This document shows, one piece after another, positions 17,894 to 27,503 of a stretch of 32,773 nucleotides of DNA. This stretch comes from Limisphaerales bacterium (GTDB lineage Bacteria; Verrucomicrobiota; Verrucomicrobiia; Limisphaerales; SIBE01). Position numbers and translations under genes: made by a program. The notes beneath the pieces are model-generated. The model was given only the letters and a program-made list of their open reading frames with translations. It ran no database searches and was not told where the DNA came from. How positions within the stretch are numbered: position 1 is the stretch's first letter; each line of letters begins with the position of its first letter. The stretch spans positions 1 through 32,773 of the forward strand of contig JBGAIN010000089.1 in the NCBI GenBank assembly GCA_044225505.1, in the 5' to 3' direction.

Positions 17894-17910
17894 GGCAAGA
17901 GCAATGCCGA
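17894..17910 (-). promoter_or_regulatory. Candidate sigma54 (-24/-12) promoter for the sugar transferase
   Basis: Minus strand reads TCGGCATTGCTCTTGCC (GG-N10-GC with TTGC), correctly oriented ~150 bp upstream of the gene. Confidence 0.4.
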
Positions 17911-18256
17911 TTCCAAAGCCGTCAATGGTAGCCGCTTCCGGACGGTTGATCTGCTTCACAAGGGTTTGACGAATAGTTTGTCGTTGCCCAAGCGTGTGTC
18001 CGCGCAACGGTTCAAGTTCGACATCCGAAGAATTTGAGAGATGCGGTCCATCAATTCCAAATCCGGGAAGGAAATAGCAAAAAAGGGGTAGCCAATCGCA
18101 GCATAGAATGGCATTTCGCTAGGCACGATCACCAGCCGGTCGCCTGAGACTCGCCGCGAGTCGCATAAAAACCCGGCTCGCTCAAAGGCCGGTAGGTGCA
18201 GCGAGTGAAGGTTTGCAGGGAAACGTCTAAATCGCGGGCCAGTTCAAATTTCGGCT

Positions 18257-21200
18257 ATGACGACTGAAAACGGAGCGGAGTCGAACCTCGGTGCAGGGAC
18301 AGCCGGGACGCCTAGTGAACCTGGACCATCCCCAATTCCAGCTTCGCCTGGCCCAAAAGAGAGCGCCGAGGGTGCCCCGAACTTCATCGTTGGAATCGGT
18401 GCGTCCGCGGGCGGGTTGGAAGCGCTCGAGCGGTTCTTGCGCGCTATGCCGTCGAACAGTGGAATGGCTTTTGTCGTCATTCAGCATCTTTCCCCCGATT
18501 TCAAAAGTCTGATGGATGAACTTCTGGCCCGGCATACCAGCATGAAGATCATTCGAGTGATGGAGCCGGCCAACGTCCAACGCGATACGGTTTATCTCCT
18601 GCCACCGCGCAAAGATATGGTGATGGCAGGAGGCAAACTCTTCACGCGCGATCGCCCGACCGATCAGCACCTCAGCATGCCCATCAACCTCTTCTTTCGC
18701 TCCTTGGCGCGGGAGGCGAAGGATAAGGCCGTTGCGATCGTGCTTTCTGGCACGGGCACCGACGGTAGCGCGGGTCTTCTGGATGTTCACGACATGGGTG
18801 GATTAGTGCTGGTTCAGTCCGAAACCACGGCGAAGTTTGACGGAATGCCCTTGAGCGCCATTGACACTGGGCTCGCTGATGCCGTGCTAGCGCCGGAAGA
18901 GATGCCGGAAACGCTCCTGGCCTACGCGCGGAATCCGTCGCTGCCGCTCCTGGAACGGAAGCGTCGTCAACCAGGCCCGGACGGTCTGGTCGGGTTGCCC
19001 GCTATCATCGAGAAGTTGCGCGAGGTCTACGGCATCGATTTCAACTACTACAAGCCCGCAACGATTTCGCGGAGAATTGACCGTCGCATCGCCCTAGCCA
19101 ACTACACAAGCTTCCAAGAGTACAGCCAACGCGTGACAACTGACTCCGGCGAATTGGATGCGCTCTACCGGGATTTGCTGATCGGTGTGACCCGTTTCTT
19201 CCGAGACCCAGAGGCGTTTCAAACGCTGCGGACCGAGGTGATCCCCTCCGTCCTGCACGCGGTGGCACCGGAAGAGGAGGTGCGAATTTGGGTTCCCGCT
19301 TGTGCGACCGGCGAAGAACCGTATTCCCTCGCCATCCTGCTGTCGGAATGCATGCAGGAATATCAATGCCAGCGTTCCGTCAAGATTTTTGCGACCGACG
19401 TCCACCGCGATTCCTTACACATCGCGTCGGAAGGGCTCTATTCCGAATCGAGTTTGGAGGAGCTTTCGTTGGAAAGACGCATGCGCTTTTTCGAGCCGGA
19501 GAACAAAATGTTCCGAGTGCGCGCCGAGCTTCGCAAGATGTTGATCTTTTCTCCTCACAACCTGATCAAAGACCCGCCATTTACGCGAATGGATCTGGTG
19601 AGCTGCCGCAACCTGCTAATCTATTTCCAGTCGGTCGCTCAAACCAAAGCACTATCCGCATTCCACTTTGCTTTGAAACTGCGAGGTGTGCTCTTACTCG
19701 GACCGAGTGAAGGCCCAGGCGAACTCGAAGAAGAATTCGAGTGCGTTGACCGACAATGGAAGGTCTACCGCAAGATGCGCGACACACGCCTTCCGCTTGA
19801 CCTACGCATGAGTTTGGCTCCAGCACTTTCGCGCGGCGCCGGACGAAGCACGCTCCCTGGCGATCTGAGGTTGGCCCGTGCGTATGATGCATTGTTGAAC
19901 CGCTACGTTGCCAAAGGGGTTCTTGTCAACGAACGACGTGAGGTTCAGCACGTCTTTAACGAAGCGGAACGTTACCTGCGTCCTCCCACCGGACGCATGA
20001 CCACCGATGTCGTCGAACTCGTCCACGAGGACTTACGCGTCGCTGTTTCCTCCGCCATTCAAAGTGCCCTCAAGAAACACGAAAGAATCACGCTTAAAGG
20101 GGTCCGGCTACGCATAGCGGGCGAGCCAGGGGAGATTGCACTCTCTGTCGTGGTGGATCCGATCATGGACCGAGCGATGAGCAGCACGTATCTCTTCGTT
20201 TGCTTCCAAGAAGAGCGCCTCATCGCCGTTCCCGAGCCGGACCGAGGTCAACAGTTTGAGCTTTCCAAAGAGTCGAGAGCGCAGGTCGATCAACTTGAGC
20301 AGGAGCTGCGTGATACTAAGGAGTCGCTCCACGCGACGGTTGAAGAACTCGAGACGAGCAATGAAGAGTTGCAGGCGAGCAACGAAGAGCTTCTCGCTGC
20401 CAATGAAGAACTCCAGAGCACGAACGAAGAGCTGCATTCGGTCAACGAAGAACTTTACAGCGTGAATGCGGAACACGAGCAGAAGATCAAAGAGCTCGTG
20501 GAGATCACGAATGATCTGAACAATCTGATGCGTTCCACCGCGATTGGGACAATTTTCCTGGATCGAACCCACTGCATTCGCTTGTTTACTCCAGCCGCCG
20601 CTAACATTTTCAATCTCCTGCCGCAGGACATCGGCCGCGACATCAAACACATCACTTACCGCGTCAAGGGCGACGACATCTTTGAAGTGATCGAGGAAGT
20701 GAATCGTTCGCAACAGATGCGTGAACGAAATGTGCAAGCCCCCAACGGTCGTTCTTACCTGCGTCGGGTCATGCCTTATCAAGACGAAAAAGACGAGGCG
20801 GCTGGCCTGGTTCTGACGTTTGTCGACATCACAGAGTTGCTCGCCGCCCAACGTCGTTTGCGACTCAGTGAATTTTCCGTTGACCAGGCAGCCGTGCCGA
20901 CTTACTGGATCGCGCAGGACGGCCATATCCTTCGAGTCAACCAGGCAAGTTGTGAAATGCTTGGATACAGCGAAGTCGATCTCTTGGCCAAGCGCGTGGG
21001 AGACCTCTTGCCGTCACTCCCCCCCACCGCCTGGGCCGAACACTGGGAAAGAATCCGCACGCAGAAAAAGGTGGCCATGGAGTCTACGATGCGGAACGCC
21101 AGAGGCTCGGAGTTCGCGGTCGAAATTGAGCTCAACTGGCTCGAGTTTGATGGCCAGGAATACAACTTTGCCTTCGTGCGCGACATTACCGAGCGCAAGC

Positions 21201-22228
21201 AGTCTGAGCGAGTCTTGCGTGAGGGAGAAGAGCGATTCCGTTTGTTGATTGAAAGTTCGCCTCAAGCCTTGGTCATGGTAGATCAGGGCGGCGAGATTAA
21301 GCTGATCAACTCAGAAGGCGAGCGACTCTTCGGCTATGGGCGACACGAGCTGATTGGCCAGCATGTGGAAACGCTCTTACCGGAGCGTTACCGAAACCTT
21401 CATTTGGAACAACGCTTGCTTTATCAGGAGCAGCCTGTTGCCCGTTCGATGGGCGCTCGCCGGGAATTGTTTGCGCTGAGGAAGGACGGGACGGAATTGC
21501 CGGTTGAAATCGGGCTGAGCCCTCTTCGGATCGGACAGGACAACTACACCCTTGCTTCACTCTCGGACGTTTCCGAACAACGACGCACCGAGCTCGCGTT
21601 GAAGGAATCTCTCCGGGAAAAAGAAACGTTGCTCAAAGAGATTCACCACCGGGTTAAGAACAACATGCAGCTCATTTCGAGCTTGCTGAATCTGCAGTCG
21701 AATGTTGTTCCTTCGCCCGAGGCTCGCGAAGCGTTTCGTGAAAGCCATGCCCGAATTCGTTCCATGGCACTCCTCCACGAGAAGCTCTATCAATCCAAAG
21801 ACCTGGCGCGCATCGATTTTGCCGGTTATATCCGGGATTTGCTGGCCGCGCTCTTCCAATCCTACGGTTCAAAAGCCCGCAACGTGACGCTCCGAATTGA
21901 TGCTGCGCCAGCTCTGCTGGACCTGAACGTCGCTGTGCCGGCCAGTTTGATCCTGAACGAACTCGTCTCCAACAGCCTCAAACACGCCTTTGCCGAAAGA
22001 ACGACGGGCGCCATTGAGGTCCGTCTGGAACAAACGTCACCCCGCCGCTTTCTGTTGCTGGTCCGGGATGATGGTGCAGGCTTGCCAGCAGGGTTTTCGT
22101 TGGAGGGTGGCAGCTCCTTGGGACTGCGGTTGGTGAAGATTTTAGTAGAGCAGATCGGTGCCCGGTTGACGTTCGAAAACAACAATGGAGCGCAGTTCGA
22201 ATTGAGTTTTGAGCAATCCTCTCCCTGA
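18257..22228 (+). CDS. CheB methylesterase - CheR methyltransferase - coiled coil - PAS domains - HisKA_2/HATPase hybrid histidine kinase
   Basis: CheB: GASAGG, IQHL, GTGTDG. CheR: ACATGEEPYS, ATD, SCRNLLIY. NEEL heptads, PAS/PAC (RDITERK), EIHHRVKNNMQ (HisKA_2), NELVSNSLKHA, DDGAG, LGL. Confidence 0.95.
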   Translation: MTTENGAESNLGAGTAGTPSEPGPSPIPASPGPKESAEGAPNFIVGIGASAGGLEALERFLRAMPSNSGMAFVVIQHLSPDFKSLMDELLARHTSMKIIRVMEPANVQRDTVYLLPPRKDMVMAGGKLFTRDRPTDQHLSMPINLFFRSLAREAKDKAVAIVLSGTGTDGSAGLLDVHDMGGLVLVQSETTAKFDGMPLSAIDTGLADAVLAPEEMPETLLAYARNPSLPLLERKRRQPGPDGLVGLPAIIEKLREVYGIDFNYYKPATISRRIDRRIALANYTSFQEYSQRVTTDSGELDALYRDLLIGVTRFFRDPEAFQTLRTEVIPSVLHAVAPEEEVRIWVPACATGEEPYSLAILLSECMQEYQCQRSVKIFATDVHRDSLHIASEGLYSESSLEELSLERRMRFFEPENKMFRVRAELRKMLIFSPHNLIKDPPFTRMDLVSCRNLLIYFQSVAQTKALSAFHFALKLRGVLLLGPSEGPGELEEEFECVDRQWKVYRKMRDTRLPLDLRMSLAPALSRGAGRSTLPGDLRLARAYDALLNRYVAKGVLVNERREVQHVFNEAERYLRPPTGRMTTDVVELVHEDLRVAVSSAIQSALKKHERITLKGVRLRIAGEPGEIALSVVVDPIMDRAMSSTYLFVCFQEERLIAVPEPDRGQQFELSKESRAQVDQLEQELRDTKESLHATVEELETSNEELQASNEELLAANEELQSTNEELHSVNEELYSVNAEHEQKIKELVEITNDLNNLMRSTAIGTIFLDRTHCIRLFTPAAANIFNLLPQDIGRDIKHITYRVKGDDIFEVIEEVNRSQQMRERNVQAPNGRSYLRRVMPYQDEKDEAAGLVLTFVDITELLAAQRRLRLSEFSVDQAAVPTYWIAQDGHILRVNQASCEMLGYSEVDLLAKRVGDLLPSLPPTAWAEHWERIRTQKKVAMESTMRNARGSEFAVEIELNWLEFDGQEYNFAFVRDITERKQSERVLREGEERFRLLIESSPQALVMVDQGGEIKLINSEGERLFGYGRHELIGQHVETLLPERYRNLHLEQRLLYQEQPVARSMGARRELFALRKDGTELPVEIGLSPLRIGQDNYTLASLSDVSEQRRTELALKESLREKETLLKEIHHRVKNNMQLISSLLNLQSNVVPSPEAREAFRESHARIRSMALLHEKLYQSKDLARIDFAGYIRDLLAALFQSYGSKARNVTLRIDAAPALLDLNVAVPASLILNELVSNSLKHAFAERTTGAIEVRLEQTSPRRFLLLVRDDGAGLPAGFSLEGGSSLGLRLVKILVEQIGARLTFENNNGAQFELSFEQSSP
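20342..20473 (+). repeat. 21-nt periodic coding repeat (NEEL heptads) within the CheB/CheR kinase
   Basis: EELETSNEELQASNEELLAANEELQSTNEELHSVNEELYSVNAE. This is the known coiled coil of CheB/CheR fusions. Confidence 0.8.
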
Positions 22229-22237
22229 AAAACACTC

Positions 22238-23011
22238 ATGAAGCCCAAGCGTATATTAGTGGTCGAAGATGAAGCGATCGTGGCCGCGGACCTTCAAGAC
22301 CGGCTCAGCCAGATGGGGTATGCGACGGCCGGTGTCGTTAGCTCTGGTGAGGACGCCCTGCACAAGACCATGCAGTCGGGGGCGGATCTCGTGCTGATGG
22401 ACATCGTTCTGCGCGGACAAGTCGACGGCGTGGCCGCTGCCGCCCAAATTCGCGAGCATCTCGAAATCCCCGTTGTATTCCTAACGGCACACGCGGATGA
22501 GGCAACGTTTCAACGTGCCAAGGTCACTTCGCCCTTTGGTTACGTCCTCAAGCCATTCGATGACCGAGAGCTCCGGACCGCTATCGAAATCGCTCTCTAT
22601 CGCCACGGAGCGGAGGCACAGATTCGCAAGATGGAGCAATGGCTAGAGGCGATCGTGGAGAACATCGGAGATGCGCTCGTGGTCACCGACAATTGGGGCT
22701 TGATCTCCCTCATGAACTCCGCCGCTTGCCGACTGAGTGGACGTACCTCCGAAGAAGCGTCGTTGCGCTCGTTGGGTGACGTGTTTCCCTTCGCTGACCC
22801 AGCCACGGGAGCACCGATCACGTGGCCGGTCGGCAAAGTTCTCTATGAGCAAGTCCTCGTGCAATGGCGCCGACCGTGGTTACTTCGTAACGCCGCAGGA
22901 TCTCAATGCTTAGTCGAACTCACCGCGTCGCCAATACGCGATAACCACGGGCAAGTAACGGGCTATGTCTGGCTGTTTTTCAACTGCACGCCCCCTTCAT
23001 CGCAGAGTTAA
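22238..23011 (+). CDS. Response regulator receiver + PAS domain protein
   Basis: ILVVEDE, LMDIVL, FLTAH, YVLKPF, then a PAS-like region (IGDALVVTD...ASPIRDNHGQVTG). Confidence 0.9.
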   Translation: MKPKRILVVEDEAIVAADLQDRLSQMGYATAGVVSSGEDALHKTMQSGADLVLMDIVLRGQVDGVAAAAQIREHLEIPVVFLTAHADEATFQRAKVTSPFGYVLKPFDDRELRTAIEIALYRHGAEAQIRKMEQWLEAIVENIGDALVVTDNWGLISLMNSAACRLSGRTSEEASLRSLGDVFPFADPATGAPITWPVGKVLYEQVLVQWRRPWLLRNAAGSQCLVELTASPIRDNHGQVTGYVWLFFNCTPPSSQS

Positions 23012-23155
23012 TTCCTCATCCAGATCGATCGATCGAATACAACTGCGGCAATCGTGCCAAATTTCTTAGTTGTCTTATCGCGCAGTTTTGTTACTGTCGC
23101 CGTTGACTGATGCACACATCAAGAAACTCCGGCCGCCGGCAACTCCTCAAGTTCC

Positions 23156-23686
23156 ATGACGGCAGCCCAAGAACGGTTGGTTGTGCTTCTTGCTGATGAC
23201 GACGAAAACGACGTCTTTTTAATTCGCCGCGCGTTCAAGCGCATGAGTGCTATGGCACAGCTTTTAGTTGTGCCGCACGGCGAAGCAGCAGTTTCCTATC
23301 TACAAGGACAAGGCGACTACGCCGATCGTTCCAAGTGGCCGCTGCCACGCATGCTGATTCTCGATCAGTGGATGCCTCGGCTCTCTGGCTTGGACGTGCT
23401 TTGCTGGGTCAGACTGGAACCTCGCTTTGACGGGTTGCCCGTCGTAATCCTCACTGGCGGGCTCTCCCCATCTCAATCGCGATTAATGACCCAGTTGCGA
23501 GCCGCGGTCTGCAGCAAGTCGATCGATTCAAAAGAGATGGAGTCCGGCATTGAGCAAGCCATGCGAGCTTCTCTCGAACTCGCCTGGGAAACCTCAATCC
23601 GCGGCAAATCCGCCTGGTTCGTCCCTCCCACACCGCCGGTTATGGGTTTGTCCAACCGGAATGAATGCGAACAGGTCCACCGATAA
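23156..23686 (+). CDS. Single-domain response regulator (Rcp1-like)
   Basis: LLADDDENDVFLIRRAF, ILDQWMPRLSGLDVL, PVVILTG, K in CSKS. Confidence 0.85.
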   Translation: MTAAQERLVVLLADDDENDVFLIRRAFKRMSAMAQLLVVPHGEAAVSYLQGQGDYADRSKWPLPRMLILDQWMPRLSGLDVLCWVRLEPRFDGLPVVILTGGLSPSQSRLMTQLRAAVCSKSIDSKEMESGIEQAMRASLELAWETSIRGKSAWFVPPTPPVMGLSNRNECEQVHR

Positions 23687-23791
23687 AGAGCGGAGCTCCA
23701 TCGACACGAATTCGTGGTCAATATTGAGACGAGAATACCTGCCACCGTGGCTTGTCCCCTAAAAGCTCAGCCCAAAGCCTGATCTCATTCT

Positions 23792-24256
23792 ATGGTTATT
23801 GTTCCAGACCGCATAAATGTCTTGCTCGCGGAGGATGACGAAAACGACGCCATTCTGATCCGCAGAGCTTTCGAGACCATCGGCTGCGTCGACCATTTGC
23901 ACACCGTTCGTGATGGGGAAGAGGTGCTCGCATTTCTCCAGGATGAACAGCGGTCGCTCGACATTAGCGCGGTAATGCGCCCAGACATCGTGATCTTGGA
24001 CCACCGCATGCCGAAACTATCCGGACTTGGGGTCCTTTATTGGCTGCGCACAAACTCCCGTTATGCGTCCATTCCAGTTTTGCTTTTCAGCCTGGCCTTG
24101 CTGCCGGCGGAGGCAGAAGCCGTGGAGAGACTCCAGGCGGCCTGGTGCGTAAAGCCGGTTGCTCCCAATCGAACCTTAGCGGCGCTCCGGCGGGGAATTC
24201 AGGACGCCTATGAGGTGGTGGCACCTGTTCGCCAGGAGAGCGAAATCTCCTTATAA
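23792..24256 (+). CDS. Single-domain response regulator (paralog of the preceding gene)
   Basis: LLAEDDENDAILIRRAF, ILDHRMPKLSGLGVL, PVLLFS, VKP. Confidence 0.87.
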   Translation: MVIVPDRINVLLAEDDENDAILIRRAFETIGCVDHLHTVRDGEEVLAFLQDEQRSLDISAVMRPDIVILDHRMPKLSGLGVLYWLRTNSRYASIPVLLFSLALLPAEAEAVERLQAAWCVKPVAPNRTLAALRRGIQDAYEVVAPVRQESEISL

Positions 24257-24339
24257 ACAAGAGGCGCCTCAGGTGCGATTGATCTTTTGGCGAACTCAAT
24301 GGATTGCGAGCCCGCGCGTTCCAGGATTTTCAGGTCACA

Positions 24340-25524
24340 TTACAGGCCGGCCACCGGCGTAATGCCGCGACTCGCCAATTGAGAGAGAGTCCAGTCGTAC
24401 TCGGCCACGAGCTGATCAACCACGGAACGATTTTTCAACGAGGCTGGCATCACTTCCCACGTATACGTTTCCATCTCCAAATGCGAGCAAGCCCCAGGCG
24501 AAGCCTGCAAGAAATCCAGTGTGGCCAGGAGTTGATCGGTCGTTCCTGCAAAGCCACCCGTCGGCGCGCTGTGCAGTGGAATATGAAAATGGATTCGCCA
24601 CTCGAGCGCTTCCGGCCGACTCGCCTTCCGAATCGCTTCTAGGGCCAGGCTCAAGTCGCGGTACCTCTGCAACCGTCCGTCAGGATGGCGTTCGATGACT
24701 TGGTGAAAGTAAATATCGTCGGCAAATGCCGCCAGCGCCTTTTGGCCAGCTTGGTTGGGCACGACTTTCAACGCGGAGCTTAGGTGGATTTTGCTGATTC
24801 TAACACCGTGATGCGTCAATAGAGTTAACGCGGCGCGCGCTTCTTCAAATTCTACGGCGAGGTGACATGTGTCGTAGTTGATCCCTAACCGTCGCTGCAG
24901 TCGCCCGTCGCCGGGCCGGTCGGCGCGCATGCGATCAAAGAACGCTGCCGTTTCTACGCTGGTTTCCAAAAAACAGAGCGGCTCCGGCTCCAAGCCGAGG
25001 TGCAGTTCTTTCCCTGATCGCACACTCAGTTGTTCGATGTATTCAACGCACTCCCAGAGATTGGCTCGCATCGCCGCGGTTTGCGCCTCGGTCTGAATAA
25101 AGTCTTTGAACGATCCAGGAACAGTGCTCACGCTTCCCTCCATTCCTGGCGGAAGAAACTCACCCAAAAGATCAAAAAGCCGTTTCGTGTAATCGACGCG
25201 TTCGCGGGTCGTCCAGTCCGGCGCATAGACTTGCTCCTTTACTCGGGCCCCGTGAAACCGACCGAATGGAAACCCGTTAATGGTAAAAACGTAACAGGCT
25301 TCTCGGTCCAACCATTGATGGAACTGCCTTTGCGCCTTGGGATCGGTCAGTTCGCGAGACGCCTGATCGCTGAGGCGCAGTCCAATGCCATAACGCTTTC
25401 CTGGGCAAACACGATCACGCACGGCCAGGGTGTACTGCTGCAGCGCCGAGAATGTTTCCAGCCAACTCTCGCCGCGATGGATATTCGTACAATAGGCCAA
25501 GTTAAAGCCGCCGCTTAGTTTCAT
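24340..25524 (-). CDS. eboE: Metabolite traffic protein EboE (xylose-isomerase-like TIM barrel)
   Basis: LAYCTNIHRGESW, GIGLRLS, FTINGFPFGRFH..VKEQVYAPDW, LGLEPEP, DTCHLAVEFE, WRIHFHIPL, HLEMETYTW. Confidence 0.9.
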   Translation of the reverse strand: MKLSGGFNLAYCTNIHRGESWLETFSALQQYTLAVRDRVCPGKRYGIGLRLSDQASRELTDPKAQRQFHQWLDREACYVFTINGFPFGRFHGARVKEQVYAPDWTTRERVDYTKRLFDLLGEFLPPGMEGSVSTVPGSFKDFIQTEAQTAAMRANLWECVEYIEQLSVRSGKELHLGLEPEPLCFLETSVETAAFFDRMRADRPGDGRLQRRLGINYDTCHLAVEFEEARAALTLLTHHGVRISKIHLSSALKVVPNQAGQKALAAFADDIYFHQVIERHPDGRLQRYRDLSLALEAIRKASRPEALEWRIHFHIPLHSAPTGGFAGTTDQLLATLDFLQASPGACSHLEMETYTWEVMPASLKNRSVVDQLVAEYDWTLSQLASRGITPVAGL

Positions 25525-25636
25525 AAGAGTCGTTCACCAATCTGCGTCCGCTTTTGCCGGACGATTCTCGTCTATCCTTCGGCCATGCGAGTTGAACAGA
25601 AAGCGCTCGTCAACTCCTTGAACCCCTGGGGTAAGC

Positions 25637-26443
25637 TCATACCCCAATCTTAAATTTGGGCGACTGACTCAGAAAACGGCGCGGATTCTCATAGATCACT
25701 CGATCCACCGCGTCAGCTGACCACCCGCGCCGTTTCATTTCCTGCGCCGTTCGAGGCACCGCCAAGGGAATGCTCACCCCCCAATCGCAAGCACTGTTCA
25801 TCCAAATTCGCTCCGTTCCGTACAGCTCCAAGATGTCGACAGCTCGCGCGGGAGTGCACTTGGACTCCGGGTACAAGGTCATGCCAGCCCAGAAGCCAGC
25901 CTCCAACACCTGCCGCACAGTATGCTCTTCCACATGATCGATGATCACCCGGTCAGGGCGAATCCGGCTGTCCTGCTTGAGCACATCGATAATTAATCGT
26001 GTTCCCTTCAGTTTATCTTCGAGGTGAGGAGTGTGAACGAGAATGAGCTGATCGTGCGCTGCAGCCAGTTCGACATGTCGCTCCAAGACTCGGATTTCGT
26101 TGCGACTGTTCTTATTCAAGCCAATCTCGCCAATTCCCAGAACGTTTGGTCCGTTCAGAAAGCCTGGGATCAATTGCAGAACCTCCTCGGCCAGCACAAC
26201 GTCCTCCGACTCTTTCGGGTTGATGCACAACCAGCAGTAGTGCGGCAGCCCGAATTTGGCCGCTCGGCGGGGTTCATGATCCGTCAGCTGACAAAAGTAG
26301 TCGTGAAATCCTGCGGCCGAACTTCGATCAAAGCCGGCCCAAAAGGCCGGTTCACAAACGGCCTCGCAGCCTGCCAGCGACAGACTCACGTAGTCATCGG
26401 TCGTCCGGCTGACCATGTGTGCGTGCGGTTCGATGTATCTCAT
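25637..26443 (-). CDS. eboB: TatD-family metal-dependent hydrolase of the ebo cluster (EboB-like)
   Basis: [52 protein letters not shown]. Adjacent to eboE. Confidence 0.8.
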   Translation of the reverse strand: MRYIEPHAHMVSRTTDDYVSLSLAGCEAVCEPAFWAGFDRSSAAGFHDYFCQLTDHEPRRAAKFGLPHYCWLCINPKESEDVVLAEEVLQLIPGFLNGPNVLGIGEIGLNKNSRNEIRVLERHVELAAAHDQLILVHTPHLEDKLKGTRLIIDVLKQDSRIRPDRVIIDHVEEHTVRQVLEAGFWAGMTLYPESKCTPARAVDILELYGTERIWMNSACDWGVSIPLAVPRTAQEMKRRGWSADAVDRVIYENPRRFLSQSPKFKIGV

Positions 26444-26484
26444 GTTGTTTTAAACTCTCGCGACCGAAAGCGCGGATCGGACGG

Positions 26485-26778
26485 TTAGCGCCTGGCGCTG
26501 GAATCAGGGTTGACCCAAGCTCCGCAGGCCGCTTTGGTGGTTGCCCTGGCGATCGGCTCGGTGGTGGGATCGCTCAAGGCAAGCAGCACTTGCTCCGCAC
26601 AATCTGAACTTCCCGTTCCCAAATGCTTCATCGCGCTACGAAACGCATCTAAACGGAAGTCGGCCGAACCGGACGCGCGTCCGACGCGATCCAGGAATGC
26701 CGCCACGTCGATCAGCTTTGATCGTGCATCCATAAAGTAAAGATCAAGAACTTGCTGGCGTGTCATGCCTGAAAACAT
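26485..26778 (-). CDS. Small hypothetical protein upstream of eboB-eboE
   Basis: Co-oriented ~97 aa ORF (MTRQQVLDLYFMDARSKLIDVAAFLDRV...). Alternative start at ATG 26766. Confidence 0.7.
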   Translation of the reverse strand: MFSGMTRQQVLDLYFMDARSKLIDVAAFLDRVGRASGSADFRLDAFRSAMKHLGTGSSDCAEQVLLALSDPTTEPIARATTKAACGAWVNPDSSARR

Positions 26779-26888
26779 AGACCGGTAGTCGAGGTGGTCT
26801 CAATACGAATCGATGCAACGTCCAACTCCACGATCTCCATCCCCCCCGGGGAATTCGGCCCGCGCCGTCAAGCGGAGATGTGCAATTC

Positions 26889-27248
26889 TCAAAGCGCGAG
26901 CTTAACATAGGCCGCATACTGCTCGGGGACCACGACCGGCTTGTTGAGAACGAAATCCTGGAGGAGCAAAGTTAACCATTCGCGCGAGCTGGAAGCTTGT
27001 CGGAGAATCACCGACATCTGGCCTGACTGATCCGAGAGTTCGTACCTCTCAATTAAGACAGTCACCGATTCGTGCTCCCCTTTCAAGATCAGTCGCACGC
27101 TGGCGGTGCGTTGACGCGAGTCGATTTTGAGCTCGATCAATCGTCCATAACGCTCAATCTTTTTCTGCAGGAACTTCTCAAGGACCAAGGACACAGAACT
27201 GTCCTTCCGATCGTGCAACCAGTTTTTGAACTTGCCCGTCGCGCTCAT
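26889..27248 (-). CDS. Hypothetical protein
   Basis: 119 aa ATG-started ORF with protein-like composition, filling the gap co-directionally. Confidence 0.7.
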   Translation of the reverse strand: MSATGKFKNWLHDRKDSSVSLVLEKFLQKKIERYGRLIELKIDSRQRTASVRLILKGEHESVTVLIERYELSDQSGQMSVILRQASSSREWLTLLLQDFVLNKPVVVPEQYAAYVKLAL

Positions 27249-27503
27249 TCGCTCAGCGTAGCACAGCTCTCCAAAACCTCGACTTCAGACCGCGACCTGC
27301 GCGGGTTTCCCCAACAGAACAAGAAACCACTCATCCAAACCCCGGGCAAAGCAGGCTCTCATGGAAAACCCGACCCACTTTCCGTGGGCCGCCACTATTT
27401 ACAATCAAGGGCGCCACTCCTAAGAATGCTTTAGAGAGTCTTGACTGGGCATCGCCGGATTTCCAGTACCGGCTAAGCGTTTTCTTTAAGCAGCGTCTCC
27501 GCC

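Noticed and set aside
20342..20473. 21-nt periodic repeat considered as CRISPR or VNTR
   Set aside because: Degenerate in-frame coding heptads with no spacers; a known CheB/CheR coiled coil.
23044..23060. sigma54-like TTGGCACGATTGCCGCA on the minus strand
   Set aside because: Points antisense into the REC-PAS gene with no gene to drive, and the -12 element is imperfect.
27330..27392. GGCAAA plus imperfect hairpin upstream of yfiR considered as a c-di-GMP riboswitch
   Set aside because: Lacks the two-stem GEMM architecture (GNRA loop/receptor, second GCAAA element). An Rfam scan would settle it.
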